Source: an uncultured archaeon (GTDB taxonomy: Archaea; Thermoproteota; Nitrososphaeria; Nitrososphaerales; Gagatemarchaeaceae). Taken from it: a stretch of 64,000 nt of DNA. Both the position numbers and the translations under genes were made by a program. Of this stretch, positions 51,992-61,187 are shown piece after piece. Each line of letters opens with the position of its first letter. Within the stretch, counting starts at the first letter, position 1. The stretch is from contig CAWFOU010000007.1 of NCBI GenBank assembly GCA_963817525.1, positions 32,001 to 96,000 of the forward strand, in the 5' to 3' direction. The notes beneath the pieces are model-generated. The model searched no databases. It worked only from the letters and a program-made list of their open reading frames with translations, and was not told the origin of the DNA.

Positions 51992-52109
51992 GCAGTATCA
52001 AGCGTGGTATTTTTATGCTCCAGTCCGCTTAAAGCAGCACAATGGAATCCAGTCCGTCGGAGGAACCTAGGTTCCGAACCCCCCGGGGTTCGAATCCCGT
52101 CGGGCCCGC
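51992..52109 (+). repeat. 118-bp direct repeat (integrase promoter, 5' end and tRNA-like att core), copy 1
   Basis: Near-identical to 57842-57959; contains GGGTTCGAATCCCGTCGGGCCCGC. Confidence 0.9.
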
Positions 52110-52761
52110 CTCCACCCGGGTCCGGAACCTGCCGTTAAATGGGGAGAAGCACCTCTTCGTCATGGTCGGTGGCCAGCTGAGGAGGACGTCGAAGTACGCC
52201 CACCTCCTCGAGGAGGATCCCGCGTTCAGGGCCTGGCTCGCGAACGTCGTGAGGGCATCGCACAACACGGGAGGGCACTACTTCCTCAAGGTGGGGTTCA
52301 TCTGCGACGAGGTCTACCACATCCCGCCATCCGGGATAGCTGTGATGAACACGGTCGAGCTGATGACCTTCGTCTCGAACGTCATATCGGAACTGGAGGA
52401 GCGGGGGGCCGTCGGGACCACCATCAACTCCTACGTAAAGGCGGTGAAGTCCTGGGCGCGCTTCGACGGCAAGAGGCTGGACGAGAAGGTCAACGTCCCC
52501 GAGAGCGAGAACATGTACGCCGGGGAGGTGGTCCCCAGGCCGGATGAGGTCCAGACGCTCCTGGACCACGCGCCCCTGAGGGTGAAGGTGGCCGTCTCCC
52601 TCATGGCGTTCGCGGGCCTCCGCCCGGGCACGATAGGGGACTCTCGCGGCCTGGACGGGCTGAAGGTGAAGGACCTGCCCGAGATGGAGGTCAGGGACGG
52701 CAGGATTGCCCACTCGAAGGTGCCCGTTCTTGCATTTACTGATTCTTTGAAGAGCTTTTGA
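52042..52761 (+). pseudogene. SSV-type tyrosine integrase, C-terminally truncated
   Basis: GSNPVGPA (tRNA-encoded), SYVKAVKSW, VP..DEV..LL, LMAFAGLRP, DGLKVKDLPE; lacks HxxR and the catalytic Tyr. Confidence 0.85.
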
Positions 52762-52874
52762 TATTAAGGCCTCTTCGGACGGGTGCTGTCCGATCTTCGC
52801 CTGGTCTTCCGCGAGATGCATCTGGCGAAGCGACAGCTCGAATACAACGCGGTGCCGTCATTCCTCAAGCTAAA

Positions 52875-53678
52875 CTAGATCTGAGCCAGACGATTGGAAC
52901 ATGCTGCATCTTCAATTAGGGCAGCCTTCGTGCCGTTCGTAAGTGCGGCGTACGAGTACGCGATGTACTCGCCGGCGTAGACTCCCTGAGAGACGACTGC
53001 CGACCCGCTGGGAAGCCCCTCAGCGCATGGCCAGACCGTGGTGGTCTGGGGCCAGAGGACAGGGAGCCTCGATTGCGTTGCGCCGGGACCCCCCGACGGG
53101 ACCGTCACGTTCCCCGAAGGCACGGGAATCGTCATATTGACCACGTTGTTCACCTCGACGCCGACCACGATGTCGTTCCACCCCAGAGGGATGCTCCCTG
53201 CCTCGATCAAGTAGAACGGGCCCGAGGGGTCGGTGATCGATATCCAGCCTGAGGAATCGGTCGTGTACTCCTTCAGCGGGCAGGCCGGGAGGGTGGTCGT
53301 CGTCCCGTTTACCACCACCGTCTCGTTGTCGACGACCGCCCCGCTAGGCACCTCATGCACGCACTCGCTCAGGGTGTAGGACAAATCCAAGGTGACCTCC
53401 ACGTCGTTCGGTGAAGGAGCCGGGCCAGCTATGACGGACATTCCCGCTATCGGAGTCATCCCTGATTCATTCACCACCTGTATGAAGATCGCACCCCCCG
53501 ACGCTGAGTCTGAGGAGGACATGGAGTAGGACGACGCGGTCAGGTTCCTTCCCCCCGGATTCCCCAGAATCCCCTGGTTCGTGTACACCAAGACGGCCGT
53601 CACGGACGCAACAATGACCACAACCGCTATCGCCACTGCGGGAATCTTCCGGGATTTCGCACCGGTTGCCGGTCTCAA
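52875..53678 (-). CDS. Membrane-anchored partner protein (cassette 5 partner)
   Basis: N-terminal TM, Ser linker, transthyretin/Ig-like 'IFIQVVNESG.TPI.G..V...TTDSSGWI'. Confidence 0.7.
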   Translation of the reverse strand: MRPATGAKSRKIPAVAIAVVVIVASVTAVLVYTNQGILGNPGGRNLTASSYSMSSSDSASGGAIFIQVVNESGMTPIAGMSVIAGPAPSPNDVEVTLDLSYTLSECVHEVPSGAVVDNETVVVNGTTTTLPACPLKEYTTDSSGWISITDPSGPFYLIEAGSIPLGWNDIVVGVEVNNVVNMTIPVPSGNVTVPSGGPGATQSRLPVLWPQTTTVWPCAEGLPSGSAVVSQGVYAGEYIAYSYAALTNGTKAALIEDAACSNRLAQI

Positions 53679-54018
53679 GAGGGCCTAACCTCGAGGAAAT
53701 CCATGGTTTTGTTGCGTTTAAGAGTTTCCTCAATCCGAACCGCGCAGTTGCCACCGCATCTGACCGAAAACACGTTCACAGACCATCCTGTTGGGGCTGC
53801 TGCCCCATCTGGTGCACCTGATGGTTTTCCTGACTGCCGAACTTCGTACACAACCATCCACCTCTTTCAAACGTGAACTCTGATTCTGAAGGGGAGGGTG
53901 CCGGCAACAATGCCCTTCCCCACGGGCTTATGATTCGTTCTCGTGTGCATGCTCTCGGTCCCGGTTATCCTCAGGAGTTCGACTATGGCGGGTACCCTGC
54001 GGATGAACACTGTACCGT

Positions 54019-54937
54019 TCAACTATCCTTCCAGTCGAGGGTGAGGTCAGGGCCGCTGTTCCAATTGACCGGCATACTTGGGGTGCAGAAGCTGGTAGAA
54101 CTCGAGGACTCAGTAGCGGAAGCACCACTCGGACTCGTTACCGAAGAGTAAGAGCTAAAGGTGTCTGAAGTCGTTCCAGGCATTTGTGTGCAGGTGGTCA
54201 AATTGTACTCTTCGAGGGAGCCGAAAACGGCCGTTTGGTACTGGTCCGTGGTGCACTCTGTCAGATATGAGCCTTGGCTCGCGGTGACATCCACGGACTC
54301 TACGTAGTACGCCGGTCCGTCGCTGGCGCACCCAGAATAACTTGATTCATACGTAATCGTCCCTTTAATGGTGTCACCGGCAGTGGCGCTGTAAGGGGTG
54401 GCATAGTTGGGGGGGGTTGCTTCCGAAAAGGGCATATGCCACAATCCTCCAGCTATTGGAGCAGTTAGATGAGGTGATACAGCCATAAAGCAGAACAGGC
54501 TGCACTATGTCATTAGTGTTGTCAAGGCCGTCGTACAACGCGGAGAATTGGTCCCCGCTGTAAGTCCCGCTTGAGGGAACTGGAGGAGTGGTCCATTCGT
54601 CCTGGAAGCTGGTCCAATAGGCAGTGGGCGTCAAATCCAAATCTCCTTCTGCAGGATGGCCGGAGGTGCCCAATACAAAACTCGTCATCTGGCAGGGGAA
54701 TTTTGTTATCGCCACGGCGGTGCCATTCGGAAGCGTGACTCTGCCAATTGGACTGTCAACAATTGAACCTGACGGTACTTCTCGAGCACAAACCATACCA
54801 CGTTGATGCGAGGATACCACGGCAGAATTCGAATTCGGAACGGCGGCTGCCGCCGACATTCCTCCTGATGCGACCAAGAGTGCTACCACTGCGAACAGAC
54901 CTACGACCTCCACTTTGGATATTGCCCGACGCATCAT
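54019..54937 (-). CDS. Secreted G1-like putative peptidase (cassette 5), frameshift at ~54427
   Basis: WTTPPVP, LYDGL, IVQPVLLYG (Q), W.IVAY, AGDTIKGTI, GSLEEY...C (E); two ORFs joined across an A-run. Confidence 0.7.
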
Positions 54938-54942
54938 TCCGT

Positions 54943-55095
54943 CAGAAGTGATCTGCTCGGACCTAAAAAGGAAGATTCACGACTGATAACACAGTTGAGT
55001 AATCAACTGATAACAATGTTCTGTAAAATTACGGGCAAGCATACCTGCTATCCTACTAGACTTCCCGTGTTTCTCGGTATCCCTTCAAAGTTTCG
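54943..55095 (-). promoter_or_regulatory. Conserved cassette promoter/operator, copy B, with a 3' stub of the EarA-like gene
   Basis: Identical 75-bp core 54954-55028; 55056-55095 encodes ...ETLKGYRETREV*. Confidence 0.85.
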
Positions 55096-55108
55096 TTCTG
55101 TACCGGGT

Positions 55109-55990
55109 TCAACCCCGGTTTTCCTCGGTAAGGAAGATGACACTCCCCCCGGTGTACCCGATGATGAACCCTGTCAACGGAGAGTCGGGGCATTCGTTGA
55201 GACCCGGGTAGGGCGGATAGTCTGAGTTGTTGACCTGAGAGGGTGAATAGCCGACTGCCAAGGGAATTTGGATGCAAGCGACCACGCCTGGGTTGAAAGA
55301 AAGCGCCGCGCTCGGCCCAAGACCGTCGAACCCGGTCGAGTTCTCTCCGGTGGAGATCTGGTACTCGACGACGATGCTCTGGTTCGAGTCGAGAGAGAAG
55401 CTCCCGGGCGACGGCGTCACGGTCACGTTGTTGGCCGGAACTATGAGCGTGTCGTTGACCCCTCCCGGGGTTATGACCGCAGTGTAACCGCGCCACTCGG
55501 TCGCGTTCAGCACCGGGGGCGACGAGTAGTTCAGGTTGACGCCATCGTGTGAGAAGTAGTCTATGAACAAGACGCAGATGTCCATGGTCGAGCCGGCGTG
55601 AACAACGAAGACCGGTTCTGCGTATGCAAAGACCGAGGTGCCGTTAGCGAAATTGGTGGTGTTGGAAGGCGGGAGCTTGTACGGCTCGGTGCACGGCGCC
55701 GGGCCCGGCGCCGTGCTGGTCGAGGAGGCTGCGCTCGTTGAGGAGGATTCGCTGGTGGCACTCGAAGAGGTTGTGAGCGTTGAGGTCGCACTGGCCTGCG
55801 GACGGTATGAGGCCTCGTAGATGACGGCACCTAACAGTATCACAATTGTGGTTGCAACGACAAGTCGAATCGCTCGACGGGCTCCAGGTCCCTTCGGACT
55901 GTTTTCCATGTCAAACATCAGCCCTCTTGTTTGCGAACGTGCGGCCTCGTAAATAGGTTTCTCTGAGTTCATTCTTTCTTTTCGCAACAC
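55109..55990 (-). CDS. Membrane-anchored partner protein (cassette 6 partner)
   Basis: TM, Ser/Thr linker, Cys-containing beta domain (PVFVV..GST..ICV; IPLAVGYSPSQVNNSD); start uncertain. Confidence 0.7.
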   Translation of the reverse strand: MLRKERMNSEKPIYEAARSQTRGLMFDMENSPKGPGARRAIRLVVATTIVILLGAVIYEASYRPQASATSTLTTSSSATSESSSTSAASSTSTAPGPAPCTEPYKLPPSNTTNFANGTSVFAYAEPVFVVHAGSTMDICVLFIDYFSHDGVNLNYSSPPVLNATEWRGYTAVITPGGVNDTLIVPANNVTVTPSPGSFSLDSNQSIVVEYQISTGENSTGFDGLGPSAALSFNPGVVACIQIPLAVGYSPSQVNNSDYPPYPGLNECPDSPLTGFIIGYTGGSVIFLTEENRG

Positions 55991-56058
55991 ACAGCCTAGT
56001 TCCTATTCGTACAGGTGTAGGCGAGGGTCCCTCCGCCCGGAATTGACGCTCTGGAATC

Positions 56059-57276
56059 TCAATCGCAACTTCCACGCGTGTACTCACTAGAAAGCCAGTG
56101 AGTAGTAAAGCCGCTTGAGGTGATGGTGTTCGTGTTGACGTTTTGCACGTCAGTGCATGAGAAGGGGTAATCCACCTCAGGAGTGCCATGGTACATCTGG
56201 AAAGTCTCGGTGTCCCCGTTTTGGTAGGCTGTGTACGGAGATATGTTGGAGCCAGTGGAAGCATCCTCCAAGTCTAGTCCCGTGAAAGAGACCGTCCCAA
56301 ACTTGGCCAGCGATACATCAGTCGGTCCGTCGTAGGGAAGCTCTGTAATCCACTCAGCATAGGTCGGAGCCGTCATAGTAGAGAAAGAAATGTCCCCTGC
56401 ATAGCAGCTGGTGTTGCTTGTCACATCGTCGATGTTGATCGAATAGGTTGAGTCGCTTTCGGAGTACAGTACATTGTTGATGACGTTGGTCTCTATGGTA
56501 TTGTCGGAGGAAACGGTGGTATCATTGTTACCAGAAACGCAGTCTACTACAGCCCCCACTTGTGTGGAGGCATCAAAGGTCTCGTACCATGCGAAATAGC
56601 TGGCCGTGCAAGTGCTTGAGGGTCCGCACTCGCCGGTAGTGCCATCTTGCACTATGTCGCCGTCACCGTTGCTTTGATCGGTCAATCCGGTCCAAGTCGA
56701 TACCTCGCAAGCCACGTCGTTTTCGCATCCGGTAGACGGGTATTGAGCATCTGATTGGTTGTATTCTATATAACTGGCATAGGTGTCTATCCCACTTCCA
56801 GGGCTCGCGTCGTACCCTGCATAACCTTCAGAATCGACCGTATTCGCCCTCTGATCAGGCTGTATGGAAGAACCCAATATCGCAAGACCTTGCGATTCTG
56901 AAATTACTAGATTGGCCACTACGGAGCCGGTGCTGTTGTGCAACACGAACACGACGTTGTAACTCTCAACCTGCTGCTCGCACGTAGAGGTGGAGATTGT
57001 ACTGTCAATCTGGAAGATGCTGTTGAACGTCGGCTGGTAGTATGAAGTGACTCCTTGGGAGTACAGGCTCGAGAACCGAGCATTTGCGATTGCAGTCGTC
57101 TGATTCATGCTGTCATAGGTCTGTCGAATAGCGGACTGGCAATTGGCAGAAGGTGCAGCGATAGAATTGCTAGCTGAGGTGGCGTTTCCTGCCGGGAGTC
57201 CACGAGAAGCAACCAAAAGGACCAGAATTGCAAGCATGCCTGCGACCCCCAGTTTGGACATAGCTCGGCGCGTCAT
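56059..57276 (-). CDS. Secreted G1 family glutamic peptidase with pro-domain (cassette 6)
   Basis: YAGYD, TWTGL, IVQDGT (Q), YFAWYE, YAEWITE (E), LAKFGTVSF. Confidence 0.85.
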   Translation of the reverse strand: MTRRAMSKLGVAGMLAILVLLVASRGLPAGNATSASNSIAAPSANCQSAIRQTYDSMNQTTAIANARFSSLYSQGVTSYYQPTFNSIFQIDSTISTSTCEQQVESYNVVFVLHNSTGSVVANLVISESQGLAILGSSIQPDQRANTVDSEGYAGYDASPGSGIDTYASYIEYNQSDAQYPSTGCENDVACEVSTWTGLTDQSNGDGDIVQDGTTGECGPSSTCTASYFAWYETFDASTQVGAVVDCVSGNNDTTVSSDNTIETNVINNVLYSESDSTYSINIDDVTSNTSCYAGDISFSTMTAPTYAEWITELPYDGPTDVSLAKFGTVSFTGLDLEDASTGSNISPYTAYQNGDTETFQMYHGTPEVDYPFSCTDVQNVNTNTITSSGFTTHWLSSEYTRGSCD

Positions 57277-57280
57277 CCTG

Positions 57281-57396
57281 TCCAGAAGTGATTTGCTCGG
57301 ACCTAAAAAGGAAGATTCACGACTGATAACACAGTTGAGTAATCAACTGATAACAATGTTCTGTAAAATCACGGACCAGCGGATCCACCTATCGTC
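57281..57396 (-). promoter_or_regulatory. Conserved cassette promoter/operator, copy C
   Basis: Identical 75-bp core 57294-57368. Confidence 0.85.
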
Positions 57397-57753
57397 CTAG
57401 ACCTCGCCTGTCTCTCGATATCCCTTCAAAGTATTTTCTATGTAACTGAGTGTAGTCGGGTCCCTACAGGTGAACTTGTAGGTCTTCTGCCTTCAATCTT
57501 CATGAACTTCTGTGGCGACCTCGACCACGAGGTGCAGTCGCAGCAACGAATACTCGGGCTCGTATGAGCCTGGTCGGCCACGAATGACTCCGATAACTTC
57601 ACTTGGGTAGAGACGTGTCTTGTGACAAATCTCGGAGACAGAAAGCGGATCCAGAGTGTTCATGAGAGTCCAAAGCACCAGACGCCGAACCCGGCTTCGC
57701 AATGCGATATTCAGGAGACGACGATTGACATTGGCGTCGCCAGGGTCAGACAT
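57397..57753 (-). pseudogene. EarA/DUF1495-like regulator with in-frame TGA at 57493-57495
   Basis: Close paralog of 43377-43730; the frame continues RQKTYKFTC...GYRETGEV*. Confidence 0.75.
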
Positions 57754-57841
57754 GACAAGCCCAGAAGATTGTTCTGCTGCCTTCGTATTTACGCATTTTC
57801 ACGCAATCGAAGGCCGGAAATTGATGTTACGGCTATGTCTC

Positions 57842-58270
57842 GCAGTATCAAGAGTGGCATTTTTATGCTCCAGTCCGCTTAAAGCAGCACAATGGAATCC
57901 AGTCCGTCGGAAGAAACAAGGTTCCGAACCCCCCGGGGTTCGAATCCCGTCGAGCCCGCTCCCAGCCGCGTTCGAGGCCCAGCGTTAAGCGTGGTCCATG
58001 CCTCGAGCGGCATTGTCAGCGGGGAGGAGAGGAGGACTTATCCAAGTACTCGCACCCCGAGGGGGACGAGACATTCAGAACGGGGTGCTGGAACGCCCTT
58101 CGCGGGTCGTATGCGACCAGTTCGGTCCTATCTTCTCAGGATTGGAAGACGTGCGAGCTCTGCAGCGTCACACCTGAGGATAGCCTCGATGACCAAGGTC
58201 GAGCTCATGCCTTCACCAAGGCAATCTCGGAGCACGAGAAAGCAGGCGTATCAGGCGGAACCATTGGTTC
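57842..58270 (+). pseudogene. Second, decayed integrase 5' region with att-core repeat (copy 2, 57842-57959)
   Basis: MESSPSEE.RFRTPRGSNPV, then frameshifted SKYSH..GDETFR...YLLRIG similar to the 52042 integrase. Confidence 0.75.
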
Positions 58271-58327
58271 TTAGACCTTCTCGCAGGTCTCCAAGGCTCG
58301 AACCTCCGAAATCTGCTCACAACTAAG

Positions 58328-58378
58328 GCTCAACCCTTGAGCACTACCGCGTGTTGAGTAATGCTCAACCCTTGAGCA
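58328..58378. repeat. Direct repeat of palindrome GCTCAA-CCC-TTGAGC(A), period 35 bp
   Basis: Exact 16-mers at 58328-58343 and 58363-58378. Confidence 0.8.
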
Positions 58379-58782
58379 TTAACAAACCCAGGGCGGTTAC
58401 CCCCGGCCTCGCAAGTCTGGGCCATAAAGGCCCATCCGAGATGTCCAAGCTCTAGGAGGTTCCATTTCTAGTGGTACACGACCCCTGACTTAAGGGAAAC
58501 GATTGCGTGGGCAACCGCCCGAATTCGGCTTACAGGCCCCACCGAAAAGGCGCAGAAAATGGCAACGCCGAAAGCAACCCGCCCTGCTAGTCGAGAAACA
58601 CCCAGTCTCTCCATTGAGCGTGTGAGCCGCCTTTCGGATTCAAAATCGTGGACAACGTCAGATTGGGAATCTGGCACCTAAACTCCCGGCGAAGCTGATG
58701 ACCCTCTTGACCGCCGGAAGTAAACTGGTTACCGGTTTCTATCTGCCTGAATCGGTACAAAATTACCGGACGTATCGGCCAC

Positions 58783-59193
58783 CTACCCTGCCACAGTAAT
58801 GGACACTACCGTGGCGGCCGAGAGTGCAAGGCCGGCGGGGCTAACGGCAAATAGGGTCGCGGAGAACGCGCCAGCGGGAAGACCGAACTGCGCTACCCAG
58901 GCCGTTCCATTCCCCTCAGCGGGAAGAGTTACAGTCGCGGTGGAGATTTCGACTGTCTGGCCAGCATTGTTATGGAATACGCCGAAGACGATCCCGATGG
59001 AGGCTCCGTTCGCAGTATTCGTGTAGTTGATTGCTACTGACTGGTAGGCGCCGAGGTTGCCGACGGTCGGAGTCCCCGCCGTTATCCAACATGGCTCTTG
59101 ACAGGTGGTGGCCTGGACTGAATGAACTGCCCCGCCCTGGCAGAAAAATAGGACCGTGGTAATCAAGGCCGCCAATGCTGTTCGACTTCTCAT
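58783..59193 (-). CDS. Small secreted Ig-like protein (cassette 7 partner)
   Basis: Signal peptide; GVFHNNAGQTVEISTAT..L...GLPAG.F.AT.FAVS..G.ALS. Confidence 0.7.
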   Translation of the reverse strand: MRSRTALAALITTVLFFCQGGAVHSVQATTCQEPCWITAGTPTVGNLGAYQSVAINYTNTANGASIGIVFGVFHNNAGQTVEISTATVTLPAEGNGTAWVAQFGLPAGAFSATLFAVSPAGLALSAATVVSITVAG

Positions 59194-59321
59194 TCGGTCT
59201 CAACTCCATACCTATGCCTGCTGGCCTTAAAGTAAATGGAAGGAGTCCTCCTCTTGCTTTCCGCTTCGAAGAGCCCTTCGAAGCGGGCTAACCTCGTTCC
59301 TGAACCTTGACGGCGAGGTAG

Positions 59322-60329
59322 TCATCGGAAGTATTGAACGGGTTGCATTGACACCCCGGGCTGGTTTGAAAGCTGTGGCTTTTGCGAGGCAGGGGCAGCG
59401 GAACCAGAGGTGCACGATCCCGTTATTTGACAGCCTATCGGCAAGGACTGTCCATGGACCTTTCCATGATGTATCTTCCACGGCGCACAGGTCCATGTTA
59501 ATGTTGTCGTGCTTGAACCGGATGATACCGAATAGCATTGTAAATTCGACCCCTCCAATGTGAGATAATTGTTAGGAGTTGTTCCCGCTATCAAGGGGAA
59601 GTAGGTGTTCACGGAGCAATACGAAGGATTTGATTCACACCCTGCTGTCACAACACCAACAACGCCACTACTAGTAAATCCCGTGAGGCTTAGAGTGGTA
59701 CTCGAACTCACAGTAGATGGTGCGAAAGTACTCGTGCACGAATTGCCGTAGCAAAATGGATAAAGCTGGAACCACACCGCAGCTACGTTGTTGAATGTTG
59801 GGTAGGAAACGGTGGGCATTGTCAAATACGTACTAGTGGTGACGTCATAGACGCTTGCGCTCGAGTAGACCACTGTATAGGACGTTCCGCTCCCGCTAAA
59901 TGTGCCTGAGGTGTAGAATTGATACTTGTCGGTATAGCCAGGGGTTCCCGACTGACATTGACTGTAAATCGTTCCGCCCCAATAGACTTCGACTGCCTCA
60001 AGACAGCTATGCGTGTTAGAGGAGTCAAACATGACCACGACCTGAAACAGTGCGCTAGCCAGCTCTTGGTTGTCCTGAAGACTGAAACACCAAGTACCCG
60101 TGGTAGTCTCACAGCATGTACTCGCACAAGTGTACAGCTTTGCGGATGTCGGTGCGGTACTCCACGATATAGTTGACGTCTGGGACCATGAAGACGACGC
60201 GCTTGCCGGAGGAACCTGACTCAATGCTGCTAGAACAGTAGCTAGAACTATCGAGATACCCACGAGGCGCGAATTGTTGCGTGTGCCTCCTAAGGTGAAA
60301 GCTTTCCGTGCACCGGGCATCATTCGCAA
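59322..60329 (-). CDS. Secreted thermopsin-like (peptidase A5-like) protein (cassette 7)
   Basis: Signal peptide; WCFSLQDN...LFQVVV, YGNSCTSTF, TLEGSNL resemble thermopsin-family motifs. Confidence 0.55.
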   Translation of the reverse strand: MRMMPGARKAFTLGGTRNNSRLVGISIVLATVLAALSQVPPASASSSWSQTSTISWSTAPTSAKLYTCASTCCETTTGTWCFSLQDNQELASALFQVVVMFDSSNTHSCLEAVEVYWGGTIYSQCQSGTPGYTDKYQFYTSGTFSGSGTSYTVVYSSASVYDVTTSTYLTMPTVSYPTFNNVAAVWFQLYPFCYGNSCTSTFAPSTVSSSTTLSLTGFTSSGVVGVVTAGCESNPSYCSVNTYFPLIAGTTPNNYLTLEGSNLQCYSVSSGSSTTTLTWTCAPWKIHHGKVHGQSLPIGCQITGSCTSGSAAPASQKPQLSNQPGVSMQPVQYFR

Positions 60330-60374
60330 GCACCTTCAACGTTCAGTTTGGATATTGCACGGCGAATCATTGTG

Positions 60375-60517
60375 TCTGGAAGGAATTCGCCCGGAAATAA
60401 TAAGGAAGATTCACGACTGATAACACAGTTGAATAATCAACTGATAAGGAACAAGGTTCTGTAAAATCTAGGGCGAGTGCATCTACCGTCGTCTGAATCT
60501 CCCCTGTTTCCCGATAT
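60375..60517 (-). promoter_or_regulatory. Conserved cassette promoter/operator, copy D, with a very short EarA stub
   Basis: AAGGAAGATTCACGACTGATAACACAGTTGAATAATCAACTGATAA...GTTCTGTAAAA; CTCCCCTGTTTCCCGATATC matches the EarA-like 3' end. Confidence 0.8.
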
Positions 60518-61187
60518 CTAGACTATGAGGAGCGAAGGCGCGAGAGAAGGTGGATTGGAGATTTTAATCGGACGTGCTATAACTCGCTCCGATACTCGTC
60601 CTCACGTACCGTTCAGTCGGGAAGGAATGCGAGTTCCGGATGATACGCATGCTGTCAGATGATTCGCGCGCCGTTAAGCAGCTATGAGCGGATGAGGGGT
60701 GTGCGCAAGCAGTCAAGAGTCTGGCGAGCGCCAGAGGCCGAGCCAAGGACTTGGGAGGCAAAGACCGGTCAAAAAAAAATAATGAGAGAGGATGAGAGAA
60801 TATCCGCAACGGAGCGTGGTAATCTTTGGATCCCGCGAACTGCCGCCAAAGTTTCTTCTAGGCGCCTCAAGAGAGATGTAGGCAGAGATCAGCCGCCAAC
60901 AATCCGGCTCGGTGTTTTCACGGCTTGCGATGTACACTCGTTAGTGGACATGGGCAAGTTCGCTTACCATTATTTTTGTTTCATTTCGGTTTGGGACTTG
61001 GTCAACTTCTCCTCTTTACCCTGTACACGTAGCTGCAGGGCTATTAGCCCACGATGGGCCCACGATGGCGTCCGCTCGCGCCGAACCTTCAAATGCCGTC
61101 CTAAAATAGAGAGAAAGATAGAATACAGTATCGAAGGCGCGGCGAGTATTTAACACGGGCTAGGCACGTTGCCCTCTGGGGACGGAC

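Noticed and set aside
52070-52110. Functional tRNA genes at 52070-52110, 57920-57960 and 51949-51989
   Set aside because: Only T-loop and acceptor 3' strand are present; T-stems are imperfect and there are no D or anticodon arms
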